Assembly (NCBI RefSeq): GCF_964355755.1
Contig: NC_092672.1
Coordinates: forward strand, 38,880,437-38,944,436
Direction of reading: 5' to 3'
DNA length: 64,000 bases
DNA from: Antedon mediterranea
Lineage: Eukaryota > Animalia > Echinodermata
A model generated the notes under the pieces. It did no database searches and was not told the origin of the DNA. It was given only the letters and a program-made list of their open reading frames with translations. This document shows, one piece after another, positions 13,801 to 26,591 of the stretch (position 1 is its first letter; the number at the start of each line of letters is the position of its first letter). The position numbers and the translations under genes are program-made.

Positions 13801-15562
13801 TGTAAAACGAGTGGTACATGATGGCATATACAACCTAAAGAACAGAATACACATACTATACAATATGTGGGTCAGTGTACAACAGGGTCTGTACCAATGG
13901 CCCAATCTTTCTCTTGTAAAACGAGTGGTACATGATGGCATATACAACCTAAAGAACAGAATACACATACTATACAATATGTGGGTCAGTGTACAACAGG
14001 GTCTGTACCAATGGCATTTGGTGGTATCAAATAATATATATCACAAGAATGAGTAATCCGCGATTTTCCCTGTAACAGTAATATTGTCCATGTGGTAGGG
14101 CGCCGCCATAAGTGTGGATGTATCTGGGATGTATACAACTTTTTGTGACGGTTTCAATAATCAAAGGCTAGACCACCGGTAGTATTTTTATGATAAAAAA
14201 TGTTATCAACTACATGCCAACATCATGTTAAATACTATTTGGATATTTAATTGTTCGTTTTATGCAATTTATTTAGTAAAAACTGCCGTATAAACAGTTT
14301 GCTTTATCAACCGGGAGCTACGATAGCGTGACCGGGCGTGTTGGTGTTTACGCGTTTTCACGAAGGATAGTTTAATAATATTCCTATATTTAACTTGTTT
14401 CTGGTAAAACAAATAAATGTTAATGACATTTAACATTTTGTCCTATTAATAACATGTATTTTATACTAATTTATATCATAAAAACAATACTTAATTTACC
14501 GGGCGTAGAGTAGTACACGGCAATGGTAAAGAATAGGCTGTGCTGAGTAACGATTCGTTGATTTTTGGTGTTGCTGTGTTAGGCCTTTTTTGTGAACTAA
14601 CTTAGCATGTTAGTAAATAATTGTCTGTAAAAGTGAATGTACACTAGTTTGTTAATAAATATGTATTATAAAATAGTTTACAATTGCAAAAACTATTATC
14701 ATAATTCTATTTAATGTGACATGTATAAATATCTATTAAATCAAGTCTTATTTAGTATGTATACATCCGCCCTTATGAGGGCGGGCATCACTCACTGGAG
14801 CTCTCTGTTACAAATTTCTCATGCAAAAATCGCGGAATACTTATTCTTGTGATATATATTCTTTGGTGGTATCCATTCATTTTGGGTTGTGATGTCAATG
14901 CATTTCATTGCCTAATTTGTTGTCCTACTTGGGATCAACCAAAATCTGACCTGTAAAATTAAACTGAAATGTCGTATAATATTTGCTCACTATGTAAATT
15001 TGCAACCTCCCCAGCGATTTAAAAAAAAATGTAGTTTAAACAATTTATCATCCCAGAAAAATGTAATAATGAAAGCAATAGCAACATTTTGTATGAAAGA
15101 GAGGCAGGAATCATAATGCATGAGATCTACTTCCTATATACCGATCTAGGCTGCTTCCTAAATAATCTCACACAACTATTAAAAAAAAAGATTTTGATGG
15201 GATTCAAACCTAGGGCTTCAGCTTCACAAGTCCAGAATATTCCGAAAACCTATTCGATATTGCCCATGGTTATATAGCGCCCTCTATAATATTCTAATTA
15301 TCTCTTGCGAGCAACAAAGTACGTTCTTGGCTAGCGGCGCTCCATACAACAATTCTATCGGATTGATTTTTATCGCGACCGATAATATCTGCGGCGGCAC
15401 ACCTCGAGTAGGCCCTACTATGTAGTCCATCCAAATCGATAAAAATCAAACCCGAAATGATAGTGAACAGTGACTACTTTAGATTCTAGTCCAATGAATT
15501 AAATACTGTATACACCGTTTACCTTCTGTTTTCTCACTTTTAATTGAACTTCCGTTTGCCAT
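10885..15562 (-). CDS. GUCD1: Protein GUCD1, 9 exons, 238 aa: 15562-15523, 13266-13185, 13050-12979, 12813-12714, 12249-12155, 12038-11948, 11840-11774, 11572-11501, 10982-10885
   Basis: Phases join without stops; motifs VPLVLQEKDWDCGIACSKMVL, SVWTIDIA, CTQTLGVD, YQGHFIVVCGY, NFDEARKAHGTDEDILFIY match recalled GUCD1. One GC donor at 12713-12712. First exon is least certain. Confidence 0.92.
11085..11533 (-). repeat. 46-bp tandem repeat (9 copies plus 1 degenerate) spanning GUCD1 exon 8 donor
   Basis: Unit AATTGGAGGTACTTTACCCTGAAATCCTGGGTCTCTATATGTAATG; on - strand reads exon end plus GTAAAGT. Confidence 0.93.
12526..12637. repeat. 37-bp tandem repeat, 3 copies
   Basis: AGGACCCCACTGTTAATATACACATGGTAATATACCA x3. 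Confidence 0.9.
13219..14014 (-). repeat. 114-bp tandem repeat (7 copies) spanning GUCD1 exon 2 acceptor
   Basis: Units at 13219, 13333, 13447, 13561, 13675, 13787, 13901; - strand TGTTCTTTAG|GTTGTATATGCC in each. Confidence 0.95.
14035..14858. mobile_element. MITE-like element with imperfect ~32-bp TIRs
   Basis: TATATATCACAAGAATGAGTAATCCGCGATTTT at left and near-identical reverse complement at ~14826-14858; no coding capacity; superfamily unresolved. Confidence 0.75.
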
Positions 15563-15698
15563 TTGTGTACTAGTGTATTGCTCGATAGGTTGCCGCAATA
15601 TCACTATAAATTGTCCCCAATGTGTTTACATACCAATTATTAGTTATTTATTAATTTTGACGTTATACAGTATAAAGTAATTAAATGTAATTGTTGTC

Positions 15699-18600
15699 TC
15701 AAAAGAGTCCACTATCCATTTGTTGAAATACGTCCAATCCTCTGATAATATGTATTATTTCGTTGCCCTTTTGACATACGTTTCCTAGTGCTGTGTGTTC
15801 TGATGCCGATTCACTTGATACTGCATTTATAAGCTAAAAACAAAAGTAAAATTAAATTCACTTATTATATTGAAAGTGTTTGATCATTATTAAAAATATC
15901 AACAGTGAAATTTTCTTGTGATTTTATTTCCCCTCAATACATATTGAAAGTGTTTGATCATTATTAAAAGCACCAACATTTACCTCAATAAATTCTTCAA
16001 AATCAATACTATTAGATCCATCTATATCGATTTCATTAAAGTACGCCCTTTTGGTCTCTAACGATGACGTATCACCAAGATCTTCCAGCGCTATCACTCT
16101 TAACAAAAAAGAGAAACCTTATATTATATTACCTTATATTATACTGTAACTAGATTTGAACTCGTCACTATGGACGAGTTAGGTTGTTCCGCAAAAAAAC
16201 GCCACGTGCACGTCATACGTTATACTGTAACTAGATTTGAACTCGTCACTATGGACGAGTTAGGTTGTTCCGCACAAAAACGCCACGTGCACGTCATACG
16301 TTATACTGTCACTAGATTTGAACTCGTCACTATGAACGAGTTAGGTTCCGCACAAAAACGCCACGTGCACGTCATACGTTTACAATATTGCGCACATAAA
16401 AACGATTAAGCTATTGTGACCTGAAGAAAAGAAGATGTTGTTAGTGTGCTCTCTGTTTTGTGTCTAAGTATATACGCAGTATACACTATATACTGTATAC
16501 ATACTATATACAGTGCAGCATAGATGAAATTACCATCTTTTAATCTAATTTTTAACATGATAAAACATCATCAAAATGAAGCACATAGATAGCAAATTCG
16601 AAAGGGAATTATCTGAACGACATATTAAACTGTTGGAAGAAATTTGGATACGTAGAATATGGATGCGCGCTCTTTTAAATTTCATGAACTATGACGCAAA
16701 ATATGAAAATAAAACTTTTATAATTCAACTGGTCATATAATGACGTCACAATATCCGATGCGCAAAATGTTTACATGAACTTCAAGAAAACATTTTAATC
16801 ATGAGTATAAGTTAACTGTTCATTCTGAGAAGCTATAACATATTGAAATTTATTGGAATGTTGAATAAGTGAACAAAGTTATTCACGCTTTTGCACATGA
16901 TGACGTTATCACAAATTTTAAAAATGGTAAATCATGCGAAAGATAATTGATTGACCTAGACAATATTTTAAAAATGGGGTGGGGGAATGGAATACGGATA
17001 GGTCATGCGCTCTTTTAAATGTGATGAGCTATGACGAAAGAGACATAAATCCTACATTTTATATTCGAGTGGCCATACGATGACGACACAATGTCCGGTT
17101 AGCCATATTGATTCATGATCCGATATCTACAACTCATCAACTTCCAGAATATATAATTTTTAAAAAGTTCACCACGTAGTTTAGAATCTATGACTGTTTA
17201 AAAAAGGGCATAATTTTGAAACATTTTTGAACTTTTTTATAAAAAACGCGCGAAAATTGTCCAATTCGACGTGCTCGTATGACGTAATTTTAAGTCGAAA
17301 TTGTTTAAAAGTTGGTAAAACTACTAGAAAAGGCTGGAAAAACATAAATCACACGAAAAATATGTTTTTAACGCTACGTGCATTCTCACTCTTGAGGACG
17401 ATCAAAGCATATTGATCGAAACGTCGAGAAACTCAACAGTTCTTTTCAGAACATACACGTGGTGTAACGCAAACTTTATATCAACTTTTGATTTCGCCAT
17501 GCAAACCTTCAAACAATACAAATAATACTGGAGACCTTATCAGCTGATCATACAAACACGAACAATAATACTGGAGAGCTTATCAGCTGACCATACAAAC
17601 ACGAACAATAATACTGGAGAGCTTATCAGCTGATCATACAAACACGAACAATAATACTGGAGAGCTTATCAGCTGACCATACAAACACGAACAATAATAC
17701 TGGAGAGCTTTTCACCTGATCATACAAACACGAACAATAATACTGGAGAGCTTATCAGCTGATCATACAAACACGAACAATAATACTGGAGAGCTTATCA
17801 GCTGATCATACAAATACGAACAATAATACTGGAGAGCTTATCAGCTGACCATACAAACACGAACAATAATACTGGAGAGCTTATCAGCTGACCATACAGA
17901 TACGAACAATAATACTGGAGAGCTTATCAGCTGACCATACAAACACGAACAATAATACTGGAGAGCTTATCAGCTGATCATACAAACACGAACAATAATA
18001 CTGGAGAGCTTATCAGCTGATCATACAAACACGAACAATAATACTGGAGAGCTCATCAGCTGACCATACAAATACGAACAATAATACTGGAGAGCTTATC
18101 AGCGGATAATACAAACACGAACAATAATACTGGAGACAGGGGTGGCGCCAGGATCTTCCCGACGCGGGGGCTACATTCCCCGACGAGGGGGCTATGCGAG
18201 CATCACTAGGCTGGGGGCCAGAGGGCCGCCAAGGGTCCCCGGTGGGGGTCCAGGGGGCGAAGCCCCCGGAAGCAACGCGTTCTAGCGTCATTTGAGGTCA
18301 TTTTAATCAGATTTAGGGTAGCCATTTTTTCCATTTTTTTATAATGCATAAATAAAATACTGCGTGCAAAAAAACGATGCGCGATGACTGTTTCAATCCA
18401 TATTTTTCAATTTAAAAAATAAAAGTTCAAAGAAAATTTTGAAAAATAGAGTTGGAGGTCCCGGAAATTGGACTTATTATACTTCAAAACATGAAACAAA
18501 ATATATAAGTCCCTATCAAGGTTGTGACTGAGCTAAGAAATGTTTGAAAAATAGAGATGTTAGGTCCCGGAAAATGCACTTCTTGTACTTCGAAATATGA

Positions 18601-21600
18601 CCAGCTTTATTGTTGGGGCTGAGCTAAGAAACTGTTTAAAACTAGAGCTACAGGTCTTCAAAAAATTGCATTTTATACTTCGGAAACATCAGGCCTAGAG
18701 GCTTAAAAAACGCAAGCGTAGACCTTTTTCAGTCGGGGAAATAAGTTTATTCCTCCCAAGTGTATGCGTGCGTACCATCTGGACTTCCGAGTGGTGAGAA
18801 ATTCATGACATTACAGGACATTGAAAATGTAATAACTTAGCTATAATAAGATGTTGGCTAAGCGAAAATGGCATGTTTTTTTGTTTAGTAATGGATGAAA
18901 AATTTATTTTAGGTGCCCCACGGTACAGAAGGTTACCTGTAAATTAAAAAATTGGTGAACATACGAAAAATTAACATAATTCGTTTTTGCTGTAGTGTAG
19001 CGTACGTCGACGCAGTACACGATGTAACCGTCAGTAAACTTCGCATGGAAAATAACTACAGTAGACATTTTGGTCCCTGGATGGAACATGATATCACGCG
19101 TCTCGACCCAACGTTGAACGATTCGTACAAAGGGATACCGCCAGACAAGTGCGAACCTAGCTATTGTTTAGTAGTAAGTTAGATCGCTGGCAATAATGAA
19201 TGCATATAAAGTGCATAATATGACTCTGACGTACTCTCACGGTCAATGAAACGTCGCGGTTTTCTAGGCGCTGAAGCTAGCTACGAAGTAAACGCGAACG
19301 CTTTTTACTTAACTGTATATTATATTCCCCGACAAAAAGTACCCGTGTTCCCTTCGGTAACCCTCGGTAAACTTCGCCTGGAAAATAACTACATTACACA
19401 TTTTGGTCCCTGGATGGAACTTGATATCACGCGTCTTGACTCAACGTTGAACGATTCGTACAAAGGGATACCGCCAGACAAGTGCGCTAAATGTTTAGTA
19501 GTAAGTTAGATCGCTGGCAATAAATGAATGCATAAAAGTGCATAATAGCCCTCTGACGTACTCTCACGGTCAATGGAACGTCGTGGTTTTCTAGGCGCTG
19601 AACAAGCTATATGAAGTGAACGCGAACGTTTTTTACTGTATATTATATTCCCCGACAAAAAGTACCCGTGTTCCCCGACGGGGGGGGGGGGGGGGGGGGG
19701 GGGCTAGGCTCCCCGACGAGGGGGCTAGAGCCCCCGTAGCCCCCCCGCTGGCGCCACCACTGACTGGAGAGCTTATCAGCTGACCATACAAACACGAACA
19801 ATAATACTGGAGAGCTTATCAGCTGACCATACAAACACGAACAATAATACTGGAGAGCTTATCAGCTGATCATACAAACACGAACAATAATACTGGAGAG
19901 CTTATCAGCTGATCATACAAACACGAACAATAATACTGGAGAGCTTATCAGCTGACCATACAAACACGAACAATAATACTGGAGAGCTTATCAGCTGACC
20001 ATACAAACACGAACAATAATACTGGAGAGCTTATCAGCTGACCATACAAACACGAACAATAATACTGGAGAGCTTATCAGCTGACCATACAAACACGAAC
20101 AATAATACTGGAGAGCTTATCAGCTGACCATACAAACACGAACAATAATACTGGAGAGCTTATCAGCTGATCATACAAACACGAACAATAATACTGGAGA
20201 GCTTATCAGCTGATCATACAAACACGAACAATAATACTGGAGAGCTTATCAGCTGATCATACAAACACGAACAATAATACTGGAGAGCCTATCAGCTGAC
20301 CATACAAACACGAACAATAATACTGGAGAGCTTATCAGCTGATCATACAAACACGAACAATAATACTGGAGAGCTTATCAGCTGACCATACAAACACGAA
20401 CAATAATACTGGAGAGCTTATCAGCTGATCATACAAACACGAACAATAATACTGGAGAGCTTATCAGCTGATCATACAAACACGAACAATAATACTGGAG
20501 AGCTTATCAGCTGACCATACAAATACGAACAATAATACTGGAGAGCTTATCAGCTGACCATACAAACACGAACAATAATACTGGAGAGCTTATCAGCTGA
20601 TCATACAAACACGAACAATAATACTGGAGAGCTTATCAGCTGATCATACAAACACGAACAATAATACTGGAGAGCTTATCAGCTGACCATACAAACACGA
20701 ACAATAATACTGGAGAGCTTATCAGCTGACCATACAAACACGAACAATAATACTGGAGAGCTTATCAGCTGACCATACAAATACGAACAATAATACTGGA
20801 GAGCTTATCAGCTGACCATACAAATACGAACAATAATACTGGAGAGCTTATCAGCTGACCATACAAACACGAACAATAATACTGGAGAGCTTATCAGCTG
20901 ACCATACAAACACGAACAATAATAATGGAGAGCTTATCAGCTGATCATACAAACACGAACAATAATACTGGAGAGCTTATCAACTGACCATACAAATACG
21001 AACAATAATACTGGAGAGCTTATCAGCTGACCATACAAACACGAACAATAATACTGGAGAGCTTATCAGCTGATCATACAAACACGAACAATAATACTGG
21101 AGAGCTTATCAGCTGATCATACAAACACGAACAATAATACTGGAGAGCTTATCAGCTGACCATACAAACACGAACAATAATACTGGAGAGCTTATCAGCT
21201 GACCATACAAACACGAACAATAATACTGGAGAGCTTATCAGCTGACCATACAAATACGAACAATAATACTGGAGAGCTTATCAGCTGACCATACAAATAC
21301 GAACAATAATACTGGAGAGCTTATCAGCTGACCATACAAACACGAACAATAATACTGGAGAGCTTATCAGCTGACCATACAAACACGAACAATAATACTG
21401 GAGAGCTTATCAGCTGACCATACAAACACGAACAATAATACTGGAGAGCTTATCAGCTGACCATACAAATACGAACAATAATACTGGAGAGCTTATCAGC
21501 TGACCATACAAACACGAACAATAATACTGGAGAGCTTATCAGCTGACCATACAAACACGAACAATAATACTGGAGAGCTTATCAGCTGACCATACAAACA

Positions 21601-23726
21601 CGAACAAATAATACTAGAGAGCTTATCAGCTGACCATACAAACACGAACAATAATACTGGAGAGCTTATCAGCTGACCATACAAATACGAACAATAATAC
21701 TGGAGAGCTTATCAGCTGACCATACAAATACGAACAATAATACTGGAGAGCTTATCAGCTGACCATACAAACACGAACAATAATACTGGAGAGCTTATCA
21801 GCTGACCATACAAACACGAACAATAATACTGGAGAGCTTATCAGCTGACCATACAAACACGAACAATAATACTGGAGAGCTTATCAGCTGACCATACAAA
21901 TACGAACAATAATACTGGAGAGCTTATCAGCTGACCATACAAACACGAACAATAATACTGGAGAGCTTATCAGTTGACCATACAAACACGAACAATAATA
22001 CTGGAGAGCTTATCAGCTGACCATACAAACACGAACAATAATACTGGAGAGCTTATCAGCTGACCATACAAACACGAACAATAATACTGGAGAGCTTATC
22101 AGCTGACCATACAAACACGAACAATAATACTGGAGAGCTTATCAGCTGACCATACAAACACGAACAATAATACTGGAGAGCTTATCAGCTGACCATACAA
22201 ACACGAACAATAATACTGGAGAGCTTATCAGCTGACCATACAAACACGAACAATAATACTGGAGAGCTTATCAGCTGACCATACAAATACGAACAATAAT
22301 ACTGGAGAGCTTATCAGCTGACCATACAAACACGAACAATAATACTGGAGAGCTTATCAGCTGACCATACAAACACGAACAATAATACTAGAGAGCTTAT
22401 CAGCTGACCATACAAACACGAACAATAATACCGGAGAGCTTATCAGCTGACCATACAAACACGAACAATAATACTGGAGAGCTTATCAGCTGACCATACA
22501 AATACGAACAATAATACTGGAGAGCTTATCAGCTGACCATACAAATACGAACAATAATACTGGAGAGCTTATCAGCTGATCATACAAACACGAACAATAA
22601 TACTGGAGAGCTTATCAGCTGACCATACAAATACGAACATGTACAATGATATCCACTTACAACTCTTCAAAATCGATTAGTCCGTCATGATTTAGATCAA
22701 ATTCTTGAAAGAGTAGCCGAAAGTCAAATATATCTGCTTCGGTCCATTGTGTGTATTTATTAGCCAACGCACGTATATCTATATTAAATATAAGACAGAA
22801 TTATTTAACTGCGCACGGTATTCTTACGAATAATATTTAGGTTTTGTTTTAATACGATCGGGTAAGGTTTGTATTCTATATAGGTCGCATTCACTTGAAA
22901 TATGATACTATATTTTATATTAATTATTTTAAGTTCAAAAAGTTATTTAATATTTATAATCTTCTTGCCTTCAAATTTAGCCTTTGCCTCCATGGCTTCT
23001 TGTCGGTTTTCAATAATATTCTTAAAGTGTTTTTCTGTTATGTTCTCAAATCTTGTTTTTTCCAAAGTACTTTCATTAACAGCAAATTCTCTTTTCTGAC
23101 CTACTATTTGAATAATAATAATATTTAGAAAGTAGGCCTAGCCTAGGCCTAGGCATATTATAATTACTAAATTATGCCTAGGCCTAGAGGACAGGCCTGC
23201 CTAGGCCCTAGGTATTAAAATCCTAGAAGTAGGCCTAGTCTAGTATAGAATACCGTAATTATTACGGTAGTAGGCCTAATGAAGTATGCTATAGATAGAA
23301 AAGTTCTTAGTTGGCAGTTCTACAGGGGCGGGTGTGTGATGGGAGTCCTAGTGCACGCGTGGGCCAGGCCGCCGACTGATGGCACGTACGTACATACACA
23401 CGTCACCACACACACGTCTTACATCAATCATGGTTGGAACGTGCCACTAATACCGCTCCCCCTCCCCCATTTATCTATTCCGTCGGTTATTATTCCCTGT
23501 CAGTTTAGTTAATCACTAGGTTCTAGATCTACTTGCCTGTTGGCATGAAAGCTGCTGGAGATGTAAAATATATTTCTTTAGGAGCAACAGGAAAACTTAT
23601 CGAAATTCCCATCCTGCACGATCTCCAGGCCACACAAAAACCACCCGGTACACTGTAAGGTGCTGTAAACACATCCGATGCGATCTCTGATACGAGTTTT
23701 GTTGTCATGAGGAACTTAATGCGCAT
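15699..23726 (-). CDS. Two-EF-hand calcium-binding protein (AIF1/EFHD/calmodulin-like): (23726)-23537, 23100-22969, 22778-22661, 16098-15984, 15833-15699
   Basis: Spliced product has FQEFDLNHDGLIDFEEL and FNEIDIDGSNSIDFEEF loops; last three exons GT-AG and phase-compatible; first two need GC donors; start ATG uncertain. Confidence 0.8.
16139..16381. repeat. 81-bp tandem repeat, 3 copies
   Basis: ATACTGTAACTAGATTTGAACTCGTCACTATGGACGAGTT.. at 16141, 16222, 16303; probably amplified end of an interspersed repeat. Confidence 0.85.
17389..17515 (+). mobile_element. Probable solo Penelope-type terminal fragment with variant minimal hammerhead motif
   Basis: CTC-TTGAGGA-CGATCAA(AGCATA)TTGATCG-AAACGTC-GAG: hammerhead layout with U at the C3 position. 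Confidence 0.45.
17520..22639. repeat. 43-bp minisatellite (~80 copies) in EF-hand gene intron, interrupted by a transposon
   Basis: Unit ACAAACACGAACAATAATACTGGAGAGCTTATCAGCTGA(C/T)CAT; ends ~20 bp from the donor at 22660. Confidence 0.97.
18137..19762. mobile_element. Non-autonomous hAT-like DNA transposon, 1626 bp
   Basis: TIR CAG(G/T)GGTGGCGCCAG; perfect 8-bp TSD ACTGGAGA (18129-18136, 19763-19770); internal ~320-bp direct duplication; no transposase ORF. Confidence 0.9.
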
Positions 23727-23864
23727 TCGCGTACAGATACGCGTAAGTCAATAGGATAGCAGCGCGACTAGTGGCCTGGTAGTGGTTTCGGTCTGTGTGT
23801 ACCGTACGCATTTAGGCCTATTAGAACAACATTTACTGTAAAAAATGTCTTTATTTATTGCCGA

Positions 23865-24910
23865 AAAGACAGCTTTAAAGTCAGACCCCCTAAATTACAG
23901 ACCAGTCAGCCTTACATCTATAATATGCAAGACCATGGAGACGTTTGTAAGAAATTCCTTGATGAATCATATCAATCAATCACCTTTTTTCTACTCATCA
24001 ACATGGCTTTAGATCAGGTCGTTCATGTACCACCTTGATGATTGAAGTTTTAGAACAATGGACCAAATGGTTTGAAGAGGGTCAATGTTTTGATTGCATC
24101 TTTCTAGATTTCAAAAGAGCGTTTGACAGTGTACCACATGAAAGACTGTTAAACAAATTACAGGCGTATCATGATTCATATGGCATTGGAGGAAATTTAT
24201 TAAACTGGATTTTAAATGGAGTTCATTCAGAAAGCCTGCGAGTTAGTAGTGGAGTCCCACAGGGCAGTGTAGGCTACTTGGTCCTGCACTGTTCAATATA
24301 TTTATTAATGATATCCCTGATGGAGTTAGTTCAAAAGTAAAAATTTTTGCAGATGATACCAAAATGTTCAATTTGGTGAACAGTGTGGAAGAATCATGGA
24401 TTACAGGATGATCTGAATAAATTATTTGAATGGTCTGAGAAATGGCAACTTCCTTTCAACTTAATGAAATGTATTATGCATTTTGGAAGAAGGAAAGGAA
24501 TAGGAAAGTGATCTATCATGGGTACTGATCAAAGAAGAATTCCAATTCAATCCATAACAGATTTGGGAATCATACTTGATAATAAATTGTCCTTTGGATT
24601 ACATGTTGCACCGAAGGCTTCTATGGCAAACAGAAAATAAGGAATGATAAAACGAACGTTTCATTATTCTTTCATGCAGCTGTATAAAACCATAATCAGG
24701 CCGTCAATCGAGTATTGCAGTCCTGTTTGGCAACATATATATCACCTTAATGAGTCAGACAAGCTTGAAAAAGTGCAACAGAGAGCAACCCGTTTGGTGC
24801 CAGGTATTAGAAGAGATATACTTATCAGGATAGATTGAAACAACTACAACTACCTACTCTTTATTTCAGAAGGCTGAGATCTGCTCTAATCCAGGTTTTT
24901 AAAATTTGTA
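23865..24910 (+). mobile_element. Degraded CR1-group LINE reverse transcriptase fragment
   Basis: NYRPVSLTSIICK, QHGFRSGRSC, FLDFKRAFDSVPHERLL, SGVPQGSV, FADDTK, LEKVQQRATRLV across frameshifts and stops. Confidence 0.9.
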
Positions 24911-25059
24911 GTCATATTCAAAGTAACATTTATTTTCTTCAAAATAAAACAGTCAACAAAATGGTGTAAAGAAAGGTGATATGATTGAAGAAGGCATGAT
25001 CAAAAAAGCAAAAAGCTTGTGACAGACATGCCTAAACAAAGATTAGATAAAAACAACAC

Positions 25060-25500
25060 GAAAAAAGAAAATAAATAAATAAATTAATAAATTAAAAAAA
25101 TAAAGAAATAACAATATAAAAAATTTACATAACATGGGTTAAACTAAATAAGTAAAATAACAAACAAAAAAAAACAATTTTGGTATAAATAAAGAATTGA
25201 TTCGTCTTCTTCTTGTTACTCATCATTAAAATTATTATCATAAAATGTAATATAATAAAAAATAATACTTGGATGTGATATATCTTTTAAGTTTAAATGA
25301 AAAGCTTTTCTTAGATACAGCAACTTTAATATTTGAAGGTAGTTTATTCCATAGTTTAGGTCCACTAAATCTTATGTTATATTGAAATGAAGTTTTTTTA
25401 TGAAGAGGGATATGCATATCCTGTACAGTTCGAGTTCTATAATTGTGAAAAGATGCGTTTGGTTGGAATAAATTTGTAAATTGAGGTGGGTTTAGGGAGT
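25060..25500 (-). mobile_element. 3' end fragment of an L2/Crack-type LINE
   Basis: HNYRTR..FSGPKLWNKLPSNIK..FKLKRY followed by T-rich tail on - strand. Confidence 0.7.
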
Positions 25501-26449
25501 TAATCGATGATATTGATAATATAGATGCCAGAAATCTGAAAAAAATGATTAAAAACATTTTTTTTTAAATGAATATGCCATCCCTGGTCAGACAAGGAGT
25601 TTTGGTTAATACATTTACAGTTTTTTTGTGTCTAATTTTGCTATGGAAGTGAATATTACTGCAATGATCTATTCGAAGTCTGATTTTTATCTTCATTTTC
25701 CATATTCTTGGGGACATGTCTCCAAGAAATCAAGAGCATAACGGATGTAATTCCAGTGCTTAATTCATATTTCCTAAAAATGAAGGATTTCCGCCGAATT
25801 AGCAACCACACCAATGAAATGAAACATTCCTCAAATGAAGTACCTCTAGTACCTGTTCTTTGGCTATGTACTGGTATTATTTCAAACTGGCACATCGAAT
25901 GGGGTTTATGCGTGCGCGCGGGAACGCACGAATCGTCGGAGCTTTTAAACAACTTTGGTGAATAATGTGAGCGTAAATAGCTATAGGCTTATCTAATACT
26001 ACTAATTGTCATTATCAGAAATGTAACAATTGTCGGTTTTCCGGTACTGTGAAACGAAAAGGAATCCAATACCGTTAATAAGTACATTACCCTTCCGGGA
26101 AGGCTGGCTATCAGATTGCAAAATTTTCCCTCATTCGTTGACATCCGGGCGGTAGGCCTACCCAATTCTGTAATTTATATTTAAAATTTAAATTTCGTTT
26201 GGTGTTCGTTTTAAATCATAATTAGCAAATAAAAAAAATTACAAATTGTGCAATAAAATCATTTCGTAATTACTACAACAGAAGTTGCATTTATTAATGT
26301 TTCATTGTTAATCTCGACACCCATAACAAAAGTAGACTATTCCAAGTGTTTGATTTGTGTGGCGGCGTATAAACAAACTAAAACAGAGTTTCACTGGTTC
26401 TGAAGAAGAAGGTTGGTTTCGTGTTTATTTTCATTCTTCGTTGTTTCAG

Positions 26450-26591
26450 GTATTGTAACATTTAGTATATTAACAGTAATTATATAGGCTTTTAACAGTA
26501 TGGGCACCTGTAAAGCTTGTTGAAAGCTTTTTGTTTTTAGTTTGACCTTGGTTGCCTTGTTGTTAGCAGTCATATGAAAAGATAAAGAAAG
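26450..26591 (+). other. Candidate non-coding 5' UTR exon of the GPCR
   Basis: Polypyrimidine TTGTTTCAG acceptor and AAG|GTAAGT donor; next acceptor at 27750 precedes the GPCR ATG. Confidence 0.5.

Noticed and set aside
13200-14056. Repetitive 177-aa and 195-aa ORFs
   Set aside because: By-product of a 114-bp unit divisible by three; GUCD1 uses a different frame.
14925-14950. Possible extra GUCD1 exon after minus-strand TTTTACAG
   Set aside because: In-frame TAG, no good phase-compatible donor; exon 1 joins exon 2 directly.
25656-25965. Overlapping 98-aa and 85-aa ORFs
   Set aside because: No recognisable motif or splice support.
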